DNA of 64,000 nucleotides from an uncultured Eubacteriales bacterium (GTDB taxonomy: Bacteria > Bacillota > Clostridia > Lachnospirales > CAG-274): the NCBI GenBank assembly GCA_949738935.1, contig CATJCJ010000307.1, forward strand, positions 33,753 to 97,752. Direction: 5' to 3'. Numbering within the stretch: the first letter of the stretch is position 1; every line of letters begins with the position of its first letter. Below are positions 10,420 to 20,470 of the stretch, piece after piece. Under the pieces are notes generated by a model, which had not been told where the DNA came from, did not search any database, and was given only the letters and a program-made list of their open reading frames with translations. Both the position numbers and the translations under genes were made by a program.

Positions 10420-11439
10420 ATGGATATGAAACAGGCTATTAATAAGGTCGTTAAGGGCGGAAACTTGACTTTTGGTGAGGCTGAAGATGTTATGCGTCTT
10501 CTTCTTGGAGGAGGCGCTACTCAAGCTCAAATTGGAAGTATTCTTACCGCTTTGCGTATGAAAGGGGAAACCCTTGATGAAATTGTTGGATGCGCTGCAG
10601 TTATGCAGGAACTTGCTGAGCATTTGGAGGTGTCTTCCGATAATTATATTGACTTTGTTGGTACAGGCGGGGATGGTACAAATACTTTTAATATTTCTAC
10701 AACAGCGTCATTTGTCGCCGCCGGTGCTGGTGTTAAAATCGCTAAACACGGAAACAGGGCTGTTTCAAGTAAAAGCGGTTCTATTGATGTTCTTGAAAGT
10801 CTTGGAATTAATGTTATGCTTGAGGCTGAGCAGGTTAAAAAATGCTTTGAAAAAACAGGGGTTGGTTTTATGTTCGCTCAGGTTTTTCACAAAAGTATGA
10901 AGAATGTTGGTCAGGCAAGAAGAGAAATGGGTATGCGCTCTATATTTAATATTATCGGACCTTTGTCAAATCCATCAGGGGCTAAATCTCAGCTTATCGG
11001 GGTGTTTAGTCCTGAACTTACTAAAACTTTCGCACAGGCGATGAAAACTATGGGTGTTAAACGAGCTTTAGTTGTGAACGGTGAGGACGGTATGGATGAA
11101 ATTACTACCACGTCTCAGACTTTTGTCGCTGAGATTAAAGATGATAAAATTTTGGAATATAAAATCGCTCCGGAGGATTTTGGATTTGAAAGAGTTTCTA
11201 AAGATTTGCTTGTTGGAGGAAACGCTTCTGAAAATGCTGATATTACTCGGGCTGTTTTGAAAGGTGAGGATAAAGGAGCAAGAAGAGACATTGTTTTATT
11301 TAACGCGGGAGCGGCTATTTATGTCGCCGGTTTGGCGGATTCTGTTAAAGAGGGAATTGTTCTTGCTGAAAAATCTATTGATAATGGAAAGGCGTTTTCC
11401 AAGCTTTGTGAGGTAGCTGAGTTTACACAGAATATTTAG
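10420..11439 (+). CDS. trpD: anthranilate phosphoribosyltransferase
   Basis: TrpD family motifs 'GTGGDGTNTFNISTTASFVAAGAGVKIAKHGNRAVSSKSGSIDVLESLG' and 'GPLSNP' are present. Length is 339 aa. Confidence 0.85.
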   Translation: MDMKQAINKVVKGGNLTFGEAEDVMRLLLGGGATQAQIGSILTALRMKGETLDEIVGCAAVMQELAEHLEVSSDNYIDFVGTGGDGTNTFNISTTASFVAAGAGVKIAKHGNRAVSSKSGSIDVLESLGINVMLEAEQVKKCFEKTGVGFMFAQVFHKSMKNVGQARREMGMRSIFNIIGPLSNPSGAKSQLIGVFSPELTKTFAQAMKTMGVKRALVVNGEDGMDEITTTSQTFVAEIKDDKILEYKIAPEDFGFERVSKDLLVGGNASENADITRAVLKGEDKGARRDIVLFNAGAAIYVAGLADSVKEGIVLAEKSIDNGKAFSKLCEVAEFTQNI

Positions 11440-11443
11440 ATAA

Positions 11444-11483
11444 TAACCCCCTTGAGTCTGAAGCAGGGACTCAAGGGGGTTAT
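11444..11483. terminator. bidirectional intrinsic-terminator hairpin between convergent trpD and the carboxypeptidase gene
   Basis: Perfect 15-16 bp stem ATAACCCCCTTGAGTC / GACTCAAGGGGGTTAT with a 9-nt loop, followed by T-rich sequence. Confidence 0.75.
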
Positions 11484-11522
11484 TTGATATTTTAATAATT
11501 TTAGACAGATTCTTAGACATTT

Positions 11523-12716
11523 TTATATTGGCAGAAATTTTTTTGTTGACCAAAATTTTATTATGTCCTTAAAATAATCAACGAATGTTTTTCTTTTGAT
11601 TGAGGTTTTGGCTATTAGGTCGATTTTGGCTATGGGGGTATTATTTATGTATACTTCAACAAAGCCTAATGTGTCTCCCTCTGTTATTGGGGCTGTTATT
11701 TCATTTGGTATGTTTTTTATTATATTTATTTTTTCGCTGCCATCTTTTTTTACACAGACTTTTAGTCCGTCTTTTAACAGCAGTTCAATTTCGGATTCGT
11801 CACTTTTTAATACTTTTATTTTTCCGGCAGATTCGTTCTTTTTTAAGGGAGTCTGATATTCATAGTTTTCAAAGCCGTATTTTAGTATTTTTTTTGTATC
11901 TGTCCATTTTTGCTCTTTTCCCTTGTTTCCCCAGCCACTCGCTAAAACTACGCTTATAAGCTGTAAATCTCCTTGTTTTGCTGAACCCACAAAACAATGT
12001 CCGGCTTTTCCAGTAAAACCCGTTTTTACTCCGTTCGCTCCGGAAAATTCTGATAAAAGTCTGTTTTTATTTATTATTGAATATGTCTTTTTATCGCTTT
12101 TGAATGTTATATTTTTTGTTGTTATTATTTCTCTGAAAGTTTCGTTTTTTAGAGCGTAGCGGGTTATTAAAGCCATATCATATGCTGTTGAGTGATGGTC
12201 GCCGGAATCAAGTCCGTTTGGGGTTTTGAAAACGGTGTCTTTCGCTCCTATCTCTTTTGCTTTTTTTGTCATCTCAGAACAAAAGTTTTCAACGCTTCCG
12301 CCTATGTGTTCCGCTATCGCTACCGCCGCGTCGTTTGAGGACTGCATCATTAAAGCGTATAGTAAATTTTTTAATGATATTTTTTCGCTTTTTGTGAGCT
12401 TCATTTTTGTTGGGGGCGCTGACGCGGCCTTTTGAGAGGCTATTACTGTATCTGAAAGATTTCCGCGCTCTATCGCTGTTATCGCTGTCATTATCTTTGT
12501 TGTGCTTGCCATGGCAAGGGGAGTTTCACTGTTTTTTTCCCAAAGGACTCGTCCTGTCTCATAATCTATTAATACAGCTCCTTTCGCTCCTATCTCTGTC
12601 GGCTCTGTTTTTTTTTCCGCTTGCTTGGCTTTTATGTCTGTGGTAAAATTTATTGGGACTATTGTAAGTATTAGTATCACTAATATAATTTTTATTCTTA
12701 GTTTCTTTTTTATCAT
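11523..12716 (-). CDS. D-alanyl-D-alanine carboxypeptidase (PBP5/DacF-like, peptidase S11)
   Basis: The three active-site motifs are SxxK 'ASTTKIMTA', SxN 'SSNDAA' and KTG 'KTGFTGKAG'. An N-terminal signal/TM is present. Start set at the ATG at 12716 (MIKKKLRIKIILVIL) rather than the ORF-track start at 12791. Confidence 0.85.
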   Translation of the reverse strand: MIKKKLRIKIILVILILTIVPINFTTDIKAKQAEKKTEPTEIGAKGAVLIDYETGRVLWEKNSETPLAMASTTKIMTAITAIERGNLSDTVIASQKAASAPPTKMKLTKSEKISLKNLLYALMMQSSNDAAVAIAEHIGGSVENFCSEMTKKAKEIGAKDTVFKTPNGLDSGDHHSTAYDMALITRYALKNETFREIITTKNITFKSDKKTYSIINKNRLLSEFSGANGVKTGFTGKAGHCFVGSAKQGDLQLISVVLASGWGNKGKEQKWTDTKKILKYGFENYEYQTPLKKNESAGKIKVLKSDESEIELLLKDGLKVCVKKDGSEKINIIKNIPNEITAPITEGDTLGFVEVYINNTPIAKIDLIAKTSIKRKTFVDYFKDIIKFWSTKKFLPI

Positions 12717-12830
12717 ATATATCCTCTTGACTTTTTTATTGATATAATAATATATTTTTATGTACGGTTTTTTATGAGAGTTTTGGGTCAAGTTTTGGAT
12801 AAAATAATTTTTAATGTTTTGGAGGTTTTT

Positions 12831-13544
12831 ATGATTGTACGACTTCAGAAGTATCTCGCTAAAGCGGGGGTTGCATCAAGAAGAAAATCGGAGGAGTTTA
12901 TTCTTAATGGGAGAATTTCCGTGAATGGCGTGGTTGTTAATGAGCTTGGTTTTAAAGTTGATGAGGAAGCGGATATTGTTGAGTTTGATGGAAAAGAAGT
13001 CAGGGAAGAAAAAAGATTTATTTATATCGCTTTTAATAAACCTGTTGGCTGTGTCACAACTGTTAGAGACCAGTTTGGAAGAAAAACAATTTTGGACTAT
13101 GTTAAAAATATTGAGGAGAGAATTTATCCTGTCGGAAGACTTGATTATGACACATCGGGGCTTCTTATTTTAACGAACGATGGTGACCTTACTTATAGAT
13201 TAACTCATCCGAAGCATAATGTGGATAAGACTTATATTGTGAAAGTTGATAGAGTTCCATCGAAAAAAGCTATTTCGGAGTTTGAGAAAGGAATTGTTAT
13301 TGACGGGTATAAAACCGCTCCCGCTAAAATTAACGTGATTAAAAAGTTAGAAAAGGGAGCGGTCGCTGAGATTGTTATTCACGAGGGAAGAAATAGACAG
13401 GTTAGAAAAATGTGCAACGCTGTTGGCTGTAAAGTTTTGTCACTTAAAAGAATCGCTATAGGCAATCTGGTTATTGGAAATCTGAAAAAGGGAGAATATA
13501 GATATTTAAACGAAAATGAGATTCTATATTTGAAAAATCTATAA
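12831..13544 (+). CDS. rluB: 23S rRNA pseudouridine synthase, RsuA/RluB family
   Basis: N-terminal S4 domain (RLQKYLAKAGVASRRKSEEFILNGRISVNG) and catalytic-Asp motif 'GRLDYDTSGLLILTNDG'. A GGAGG RBS lies 5 nt before the ATG at 12831. Confidence 0.8.
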   Translation: MIVRLQKYLAKAGVASRRKSEEFILNGRISVNGVVVNELGFKVDEEADIVEFDGKEVREEKRFIYIAFNKPVGCVTTVRDQFGRKTILDYVKNIEERIYPVGRLDYDTSGLLILTNDGDLTYRLTHPKHNVDKTYIVKVDRVPSKKAISEFEKGIVIDGYKTAPAKINVIKKLEKGAVAEIVIHEGRNRQVRKMCNAVGCKVLSLKRIAIGNLVIGNLKKGEYRYLNENEILYLKNL

Positions 13545-13583
13545 AGAAACATTATACAATAGGAAATAAAAAGTAAAATATCT

Positions 13584-13613
13584 TCACGGCAAAAAATATT
13601 GTTTTTGCCGTGA
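13584..13613. terminator. hairpin downstream of convergent rluB and ribH
   Basis: Stem TCACGGCAAAAA / TTTTTGCCGTGA with a 6-nt loop. The flanking T-tracts are weak. Confidence 0.45.
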
Positions 13614-13628
13614 AAATTTAATATTTTT

Positions 13629-13708
13629 CAGCGAAACGCAGTTTCGCGTAAAAGTTTTTGTCAAACTTTTTTCAAAAAGTTTGTGGAGTTTGAGGCAAAG
13701 CCTCAAGG
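13629..13708. repeat. family D intergenic repeat (three-hairpin, ~80 bp), copy 1
   Basis: CAGCGAAACGCAGTTTCGCGTAAAAGTTTTTGTCAAACTTTTTTCAAAAAGTTTGTGGAGTTTGAGGCAAAGCCTCAAGG. Other copies are at 36641-36718, 36824-36903 and 54514-54593. Confidence 0.85.
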
Positions 13709-13746
13709 TTTTAATTTTTTTTATCTTTAAGGTTTTTTAATCTTTT

Positions 13747-14214
13747 TTAAGCCTCAAGACTTTTTGAAAGATTTATCATCTCTATCGCTGAGAGGGCACA
13801 GTCGTAGCCTTTGTTTCCCGCTTTTGTTCCGGCGCGCTCGATTGCCTGTTCTATGTTTTCTGTTGTTAAAACACCAAATAGAACGGGTATATTCGCTTCA
13901 AGAGATACGTGAGCGATTCCTTTTGAAACTTCATTGCATACATAATCGTAGTGGGTTGTTGAGCCTCTTATTACCGCTCCAAGACAGATTACCGCGTCGT
14001 ATTTTTTTGAGAGAGCGAGTTTTTTCGCTATTAACGGAATTTCAAACGCACCCGGAACCCACGCTAATGATATATCATCATCTTCCACACCGTGACGCTT
14101 TAATCCATCTACAGCTCCGGCGATTAATTTTGATGTTATAAATTCGTTAAATCTTGACGCTACGAGAGCTATTTTGGCTCCGTCGGCTATCATATTTCCT
14201 TCTAAAATTTTCAT
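13747..14214 (-). CDS. ribH: 6,7-dimethyl-8-ribityllumazine synthase
   Basis: 155 aa with the typical '[12 protein letters not shown]...WVPGAFEIP...[18 protein letters not shown]' lumazine synthase sequence. Confidence 0.95.
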   Translation of the reverse strand: MKILEGNMIADGAKIALVASRFNEFITSKLIAGAVDGLKRHGVEDDDISLAWVPGAFEIPLIAKKLALSKKYDAVICLGAVIRGSTTHYDYVCNEVSKGIAHVSLEANIPVLFGVLTTENIEQAIERAGTKAGNKGYDCALSAIEMINLSKSLEA

Positions 14215-14243
14215 TGTATTATTCCTCCGTTTTTGTTATAATG

Positions 14244-15746
14244 TTATTTTGTGTTTTCTACTTTTTCAAGGTCTTCAAGGCTTTGTTCTTTCTTTTCGGC
14301 GTTTTCTGATAAAAGCTCGCAGAATTTAACAAGTTCCGCTTGAGCGAAATATTTATCAGAAAACTCATCGTTAAAGTAGAACCAAATTAAGTCGCTGTCC
14401 TCAAGAATAATCCAATCCGCCATATCTTGAACGGCGTATTTTGGAATGTCATTATAACTTTCCTGCCAATTTCCGAAGTAAGCGAATTTAGATGATGGTT
14501 CGACAGAAGCGTATTCATAATTGAAATGCCTTAAAGTTCTCATAAGAAATGACGCTATTTCATAGTTTTTAATGTTTCTTTCGGGGTTGAAATTTCCATT
14601 CTCGTCTCCAAGAGCGATTCCCATTTCTTTAGCCAATCCTACAGCGTTTGAATAATCGGTGTTTTTGTCAATATCAGGGAAATTGTCCTTTGACTTTCCC
14701 TCAAAACCGGCGGCTCTCATAAGCAGGGCTATGAAATCTCCTCTGGAGATATGATTAAAGTCATTTTCTATTGTTTTATTAAAATCTTTAGAGGAAATTA
14801 CATATTCTGAGAGAGGTATATCATTTTCGATAACCGCCGCCGTAAAAAGCCCCGCTATATATTCGGCTCCCAAATGACTGAAATGAGTGTTGTCAAGTCC
14901 TTTTGAGGGGTCTTTATAAAAGGCGTGGAGAGGCTCGGCAAAATAGTTCATTTGTGTATACGCTTCTTGTGTGATTTTTGTCATATCTGCGAAATACACA
15001 TTTTCCTCTTTAGCAAGGGCTCTTACAGCGTCGTCATAAAGTCCGTGACTGTCGGCTGTCTCTCCGTATTCGTCAAATTTTCTTCTTGAAACGGGAGATA
15101 TTAAAATGGGAATCGCTCCCTTTTCACGCGCGGGCAGAATATAGTTTACATAAAGAGAGTTTTTAAAACTTCCATCTGTATCTTTATCTCCCTCAGGATT
15201 TGTGTATCTTGTTTTTAAATCCTCCTCAGATTTATCTTTCTCGTCGTTGTGACCAAACTGAATGAGAAGAAAATCTCCCTCTTTTATGTTGTCAAAAAGT
15301 TTTTTGTAGTTTTCTTCCGATGTGAAGCTCTTTGAACTTCTTCCGCCAAGAGCTAAATCAACAACTTTCGCTTTGGGACTTAAAAATTTTGAGAGATACA
15401 TTCCCCAGCCAGCCCTTGGAATGGCGTAATTCTCATCATAGCCGTATTCGCAGGCTGTTGAGTCACCGACTATATATACTGTTGTTTCTTTGAGCTCGCC
15501 GTCTGTTTTGATATCCTTGCCGATCATATATTTTATGAACTTCTCGAAAGAGCATTCAAATCTGTCATAATTGGAAGATTCTGTTGTCATAGTCAGTATG
15601 GAACGGTTAAATATATTATCGGCAAGCTCATTTACAACTGGGTTATTATCCTCAAAGTTACTGTTTTCCTCGGCGTAAACGGGAACAGAAAAAAGCATAT
15701 TCGCTGCCATACACAAACTCAGTCCTTTGTATAAAAATTTTTTCAT
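14244..15746 (-). CDS. secreted SGNH/GDSL-family esterase with an SLH-like C-terminal region
   Basis: Signal peptide (MKKFLYKGLSLCMAANMLFSVPVYA). SGNH blocks: I 'YIVGDSTA', II 'GGRSSKSF', III 'IQFGHNDE', V 'DNTHFS'. The C-terminal part has SLH-like repeats (ISRGDFIALLMRAAGF...YSNAVGLAKEMGIALGDENGNFNPERNIKNYEIASFLMRTL). Confidence 0.7.
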   Translation of the reverse strand: MKKFLYKGLSLCMAANMLFSVPVYAEENSNFEDNNPVVNELADNIFNRSILTMTTESSNYDRFECSFEKFIKYMIGKDIKTDGELKETTVYIVGDSTACEYGYDENYAIPRAGWGMYLSKFLSPKAKVVDLALGGRSSKSFTSEENYKKLFDNIKEGDFLLIQFGHNDEKDKSEEDLKTRYTNPEGDKDTDGSFKNSLYVNYILPAREKGAIPILISPVSRRKFDEYGETADSHGLYDDAVRALAKEENVYFADMTKITQEAYTQMNYFAEPLHAFYKDPSKGLDNTHFSHLGAEYIAGLFTAAVIENDIPLSEYVISSKDFNKTIENDFNHISRGDFIALLMRAAGFEGKSKDNFPDIDKNTDYSNAVGLAKEMGIALGDENGNFNPERNIKNYEIASFLMRTLRHFNYEYASVEPSSKFAYFGNWQESYNDIPKYAVQDMADWIILEDSDLIWFYFNDEFSDKYFAQAELVKFCELLSENAEKKEQSLEDLEKVENTK

Positions 15747-15787
15747 AGCCTAAAACCTCCTTTAATAAATTTTTATAAATTAAGTTT

Positions 15788-16987
15788 TTATAAATTAAGT
15801 AAATGCTCCATTTTTTCTTTTTTTGTTCTTAAATAAAACTCATCTGTTGGTTTTGGAGGCATTTCTATTGGAACTCTTTCTGTTACTTCCATTCCGTAGC
15901 CTTTTAGACCAGATATTTTCTTTGGGTTGTTTGTCATTAGTTTTAGCTGTTTTATTCCTAAATCGGAAAGAATTTGGGCACCGATTCCATAATCTCTAAG
16001 GTCGGGGGCAAACCCTAATTTTACGTTCGCCTCAACAGTGTCATAACCATTGTCTTGAAGCTCATACGCCTTTAATTTATTTATAAGACCAATTCCTCTG
16101 CCTTCTTGACGCATATATAAAAGAACGCCTCTGCCTTCTTTTTCGATTTGTCTCATCGCGGCGTCATATTGTTCCCCGCAGTCACATCTAGCCGAGCCTA
16201 AAGCGTCGCCTGTTAGACATTCTGAGTGTACACGGCATAGAACAGGTTTTCCGTCGGTTATATCACCTTTTACAAGAGCGACGTGGTGTTCTCCGTTTAA
16301 TTTGTTTACATAACCGTATATTGTGAAATTACCGTATTTTGTGGGCATTTTGGCTTTGGCGGCAAGTTCCACGAATTTTTCGGATTTTATTCTGTAGGCT
16401 ATTAAATCTTCTATTGTTATTATTTTTATTCCAAATTTTTTTGAAAACTCTAAAAGGTCGGGAACCCTTGCCATTGTTCCGTCATCTTTCATTATCTCAC
16501 ATATCGCTCCGGCGGGTTTTAAGCCGGCAAGTCTGGCAAGGTCGACAGCCGCCTCAGTGTGACCTGTTCTCCTAAGAACTCCTCCTCGTTTTGCCTCAAG
16601 AGGAAAAATATGCCCCGGACGACGAAAATCGGAACCTTTCACATTATCATCTACAGCCATTGTTATTGTCTTTGAGCGTTCAAAGGCTGAAATTCCCGTT
16701 GTTGTGTCTTTGTAATCTATTGATACCGTAAAGGCTGTTTCGTGGTTGTCGGTATTATGCTCGACCATCTGGGGAATTTTTAATTTATCAAGTATTTCGG
16801 GAGAGGCTGGCATACATATAAGACCTCTAGCGTTTGTCGCCATAAAATTTATCGCCTCGGGAGTGGCTTTCTCAGCCGCTACAATTATGTCGCCCTCGTT
16901 TTCTCTGTTTTCATCGTCTATGACAATTATCATTTTTCCGTTTTTTATATCTTCTACCGCTTCGGGAATTGTGCTGAATTTACTCAT
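15788..16987 (-). CDS. ribBA: bifunctional 3,4-dihydroxy-2-butanone-4-phosphate synthase / GTP cyclohydrolase II
   Basis: DHBP synthase motif '[10 protein letters not shown]' and GTP cyclohydrolase II zinc motif '[22 protein letters not shown]'. Length is 399 aa. Confidence 0.95.
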   Translation of the reverse strand: MSKFSTIPEAVEDIKNGKMIIVIDDENRENEGDIIVAAEKATPEAINFMATNARGLICMPASPEILDKLKIPQMVEHNTDNHETAFTVSIDYKDTTTGISAFERSKTITMAVDDNVKGSDFRRPGHIFPLEAKRGGVLRRTGHTEAAVDLARLAGLKPAGAICEIMKDDGTMARVPDLLEFSKKFGIKIITIEDLIAYRIKSEKFVELAAKAKMPTKYGNFTIYGYVNKLNGEHHVALVKGDITDGKPVLCRVHSECLTGDALGSARCDCGEQYDAAMRQIEKEGRGVLLYMRQEGRGIGLINKLKAYELQDNGYDTVEANVKLGFAPDLRDYGIGAQILSDLGIKQLKLMTNNPKKISGLKGYGMEVTERVPIEMPPKPTDEFYLRTKKEKMEHLLNL

Positions 16988-17013
16988 TTTTTATCAAGTC
17001 CTTTCATAAATTT

Positions 17014-17673
17014 TTATAAAAATCCGTTTTTTGACAAAAAGTCTAAGTCTAGTCTGCTTGTTTTCTGTTGTTCTTGTTCGTTTTCCTTGAAAAACAGCAT
17101 TTTCTCGACATATTTTCCAATTACGTCACATTCTATGTTTATGTTATCACCAATTGATTTTTGAAGAAGAGTTGTTTCCTCTTTGGTGTGGGGGATTATT
17201 GAGACAGAAAAATCTTTTTCCGTTACGGAGGCAACTGTAAGACTTACTCCGTCGAGAGCGACTGAGCCTTTATATACTATATATTTTAAAAGCTCCGGAG
17301 AACATTTGATTGTTATCCAAACAGCGTTATCCTCTTTTTGAAAATTTGTGATTTCTCCCAAACCGTCAACGTGACCGGCGACTATATGACCGCCGAAACG
17401 GCCATTAGCGCTCATAGCCCTTTCTAAATTTACATTGTCACCTCTCTGGATTTTCTTTAAATTACTATGACGAAGTGTCTCAGCCATTATATCAGCGTCA
17501 AAAAAATTGTCTGATATTTTTACAACTGTAAGACAAACACCATTTACGGCAATGCTGTCGCCAAGTTTTGTTCCTTTTGTGACTTCCTTTGCCTCTATTG
17601 TTATTATTGACGAGGCTATATTATGTTTTATGTTTTTTACTTTTCCTATTTCCTCTATTATTCCCGTAAACAC
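17014..17673 (-). CDS. ribE: riboflavin synthase alpha subunit
   Basis: Canonical 'MFTGIIEEIG' N-terminus and an internally duplicated barrel (GDSIAVNGVCLTV / GSVALDGVSLTV). Confidence 0.9.
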   Translation of the reverse strand: MFTGIIEEIGKVKNIKHNIASSIITIEAKEVTKGTKLGDSIAVNGVCLTVVKISDNFFDADIMAETLRHSNLKKIQRGDNVNLERAMSANGRFGGHIVAGHVDGLGEITNFQKEDNAVWITIKCSPELLKYIVYKGSVALDGVSLTVASVTEKDFSVSIIPHTKEETTLLQKSIGDNINIECDVIGKYVEKMLFFKENEQEQQKTSRLDLDFLSKNGFL

Positions 17674-17677
17674 TTTT

Positions 17678-18757
17678 TCACCTCGTAATACTGTATTCTA
17701 TGAACAGGTCTTTTCCTATTTTCTCTATATTTTCAGGCTCAAGAATTACAGCGTTTTTTATTAAATCTATTCCTAAACCGCCAACGGGAGTTTTCGCCGC
17801 GGCTCCCCCGATAATTTTATGACCGATATAGACGTGAATTTTATTTACAATCCCTTCTTTTAAGGCGGTATAATTTAAGGTCCCTCCGCCTTCTAACAAT
17901 ACACTGTCTATGCCCCTTTCACCGAGAATTTTCATAAGAGCTTTTAAATCTGTTTGTTCTGTATTTGTATTTATTATCTCAACTCCTCTTTCTTCCAGTT
18001 CCTTTTTCTTGTTTGGGTCAATGTTTTTTCCGCAGGCTATTATTGTTGGAATTTCTTTAGCGGTATTCACGATATTTGAGTTTATGGGAATTCTTAATTT
18101 TGAGTCGCATATTATTCTTGTTGGATTTGTTCCATCTTTAATACGGCACGTTAGGAGAGGATTGTCGGAAAGAACAGTTCCTATTCCCGCCATTATTCCC
18201 ATTACTTGATTTCTTGTCTCGTGAACGTGTATTCTTGAGGGTTCGTCTGTTATCCACTTTGAGTCGCCTGTCGCGGACGCTATTTTTCCATCGGCTGTCA
18301 TAGCGTATTTCATAATTACAAAAGGGGTTTTATTTTTTATATAATGAAAAAAGATTTCGTTTAATTTTCGGCATTCTTTTTCAAGAACTCCTGTTATTAC
18401 CTCTATCCCGTTATTTTTCAGAATTTGTATTCCTTTATTTTTTACTATTGGGTTGTCGTCAACGCAGCCTATCACTACTCTTTTTATTCCGCTTTTTATT
18501 ATTATGTCGGTGCAGGGAGGGGTTTTTCCGTGGTGACAGCAAGGTTCAAGAGTTACGTACATTTCCGCTCCGGTTAAATCCTCTGAACAGTTTAGAATGG
18601 CGTTTCTTTCGGCGTGAAATCCGCCGTATTTTTCATGAAATCCGCCGCTTATTATTTTTCCATTTTTCACAATTACCGCTCCGACAAGAGGATTTGGATT
18701 TACTTTTCCTATTCCTTTTTTCGCGAGGTCAAGAGCGGTTCTCATATATTTTTCCAT
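17678..18757 (-). CDS. ribD: riboflavin biosynthesis deaminase/reductase
   Basis: Deaminase zinc motifs 'HAERNAI' and 'PCCHHGKTPPC', followed by the reductase domain. Start set at the ATG at 18757, preceded by a GGAGGTTAAAA RBS, rather than the ORF-track start at 18850. Confidence 0.9.
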   Translation of the reverse strand: MEKYMRTALDLAKKGIGKVNPNPLVGAVIVKNGKIISGGFHEKYGGFHAERNAILNCSEDLTGAEMYVTLEPCCHHGKTPPCTDIIIKSGIKRVVIGCVDDNPIVKNKGIQILKNNGIEVITGVLEKECRKLNEIFFHYIKNKTPFVIMKYAMTADGKIASATGDSKWITDEPSRIHVHETRNQVMGIMAGIGTVLSDNPLLTCRIKDGTNPTRIICDSKLRIPINSNIVNTAKEIPTIIACGKNIDPNKKKELEERGVEIINTNTEQTDLKALMKILGERGIDSVLLEGGGTLNYTALKEGIVNKIHVYIGHKIIGGAAAKTPVGGLGIDLIKNAVILEPENIEKIGKDLFIEYSITR

Positions 18758-18790
18758 TTTTAACCTCCTTTTCGTATATTCGTTCGGAGT

Positions 18791-18973
18791 AAAAAAACGC
18801 CCCAAATAAACACTTGGGGCGTAAAAAATACTTAATTTATCTTCTTTCATCCGGACTTTACCGTCGGCTTTGGACTTTCACCAAATCAGCCAAAGAAACA
18901 TCATGTAAGTATCAGTTTCAAAGGCTCGCAGGCTTTAACTGCCGGTAGGGAATTTCACCCTGCCCCGAAGATA
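18791..18973 (-). promoter_or_regulatory. FMN riboswitch (RFN element) with terminator expression platform
   Basis: The minus strand reads ...TCTTCGGGGCAGGGTGAAATTCCCTACCGGCAGTTAAAGCCTGCGAGCC...GATTTGGTGAAAGTCCAAAGCCGACGGTAAAGTCCGGATGAAAGAAGA, matching conserved RFN core segments. It is followed by the hairpin ACGCCCCAAGTGTTTATTTGGGGCGTTTTTTT, immediately 5' of ribD. Confidence 0.9.
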
Positions 18974-19050
18974 TACGTTATATTTTATATTATAACGCGG
19001 TATATTTGATTAATCAAGAGTGGGTTTAAAAAATTTTAATGTTTGCGGTA

Positions 19051-19070
19051 ATTTTAGACAGGCTCTTAAG
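19051..19070. repeat. solo copy of the family B terminal motif (TTTTAGACAGGCTCTTA)
   Basis: ATTTTAGACAGGCTCTTAAG. The same motif occurs at 31498-31512 and 33186-33204, with a degenerate copy at 11486-11510. Confidence 0.7.
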
Positions 19071-19084
19071 TTTATTTTGTTTCA

Positions 19085-20449
19085 TTAAATGCTGAGGCTT
19101 TTCTTAAGAATTTTTTCAAATGAGAAAAAGAATATTGTTCCTGTTACTGTTGCCGCTGTGAAGTCGGCTATAGGTTCCGCCAGATATACTCCGCTTACTC
19201 CTAAGAATATTGGAAGTATTAATGCAAGGGGAATTAAAAGAAGTATTTTTCTTAGTATAGCCATAAAAAGCGATATTTTCGCTTGTCCAAGACCGATAAA
19301 AGTCGCTTGACAAGCCATTTGAACTCCAAAAGTACACATTCCGCATATGAATATCGGAAGATAGCTGTCTATTATATTTATTAGGTTTTCATCATTTGTG
19401 AATATTTTGGCGAATAATTTTGGGAAGAGTATTACAATTATTCCGGATATCATAGTCGCCGTTAATGAGAAAAACAGTATTGTTTTAAAAGTTTTTCTTA
19501 TTCTTCCGTGATTTCCAGAACCAAAATTATAGCTTATTATTGGCTGTACTCCCTGGGTCACACCTTGTATTGGTATTACTATAAGCTGCATTACGCTTTG
19601 CATTACCGTTAAAGACCCAACGTAAAAGTCGTTTCCGTATTTTTTTAATCCGCTGTTTAAAATTATGATTATAAAACTTTCTGTTGACTGCATTATGAAA
19701 GGCGAAATACCAAGAGTCATAATTTTTTTTGCCGCGAAAAGTTTTAATTTGAAATTGGCTCTTTTTATTTGTATTAAGGATTTTTTTGACATTAAAAACC
19801 TTAATACCCATATGGCGCTTACTCCTTGTGAGGTTATTGTCGCCAGTGCAGCTCCCTTTATTCCAAGTCTAAAGATAAATATAAACACATAATCTAACAC
19901 TATATTTAAAATCGCTCCTATTAATACGGAAATCATGGCTGTTCGAGCGTTTCCCTGACAGCTTATAAATGGATTTAGTCCAAGGGCTGTTTGGACAAAA
20001 ATTGTTCCAATTAAATATATGTTTAAGTAGTCCTCGGCGTAGCTTATTGTGTTTTCGCTTGCCCCGAATTTATATAGAAGAGGGGTTTTGAATATCATAA
20101 AAAATAATGTAAGTGTTACGGAGAAAATGATAAGAAGGATAAAACCGCTGTTTAAGATTTCCTCGGCTTTGCTTTTGTCGTTTTTTCCGAGTTCTATCGC
20201 CGCCAAGGGCGCTCCTCCCATTCCGACAAAAGCGGCGAAAGCCGAAATCAGCGTTATTATTGGCAAGGAGACTCCAAGACCTGTTAGGGCTGTTAGTCCT
20301 ACCTCGGGAATTTTTCCTATATATATCCTGTCGACTATGTTATATAATACATTTATTAACTGGGCTGTAACTGAAGGCAACGCTAAGTTTATAATTAGTT
20401 TTCTTAATGGCATTGTTTCCAGTTTATTGTCATTTTTTATATTATTCAT
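19085..20449 (-). CDS. MATE-family efflux transporter
   Basis: Polytopic protein of about 12 TM with a MATE-like N-terminus (LRKLIINLALPSVTAQLINVLYNIVDRIYIGK). Start set at the ATG at 20449; the ORF-track extension to 20614 runs into a palindromic repeat. Confidence 0.8.
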   Translation of the reverse strand: MNNIKNDNKLETMPLRKLIINLALPSVTAQLINVLYNIVDRIYIGKIPEVGLTALTGLGVSLPIITLISAFAAFVGMGGAPLAAIELGKNDKSKAEEILNSGFILLIIFSVTLTLFFMIFKTPLLYKFGASENTISYAEDYLNIYLIGTIFVQTALGLNPFISCQGNARTAMISVLIGAILNIVLDYVFIFIFRLGIKGAALATITSQGVSAIWVLRFLMSKKSLIQIKRANFKLKLFAAKKIMTLGISPFIMQSTESFIIIILNSGLKKYGNDFYVGSLTVMQSVMQLIVIPIQGVTQGVQPIISYNFGSGNHGRIRKTFKTILFFSLTATMISGIIVILFPKLFAKIFTNDENLINIIDSYLPIFICGMCTFGVQMACQATFIGLGQAKISLFMAILRKILLLIPLALILPIFLGVSGVYLAEPIADFTAATVTGTIFFFSFEKILKKSLSI

Positions 20450-20470
20450 AATAATCACCTTAAAAGTATT

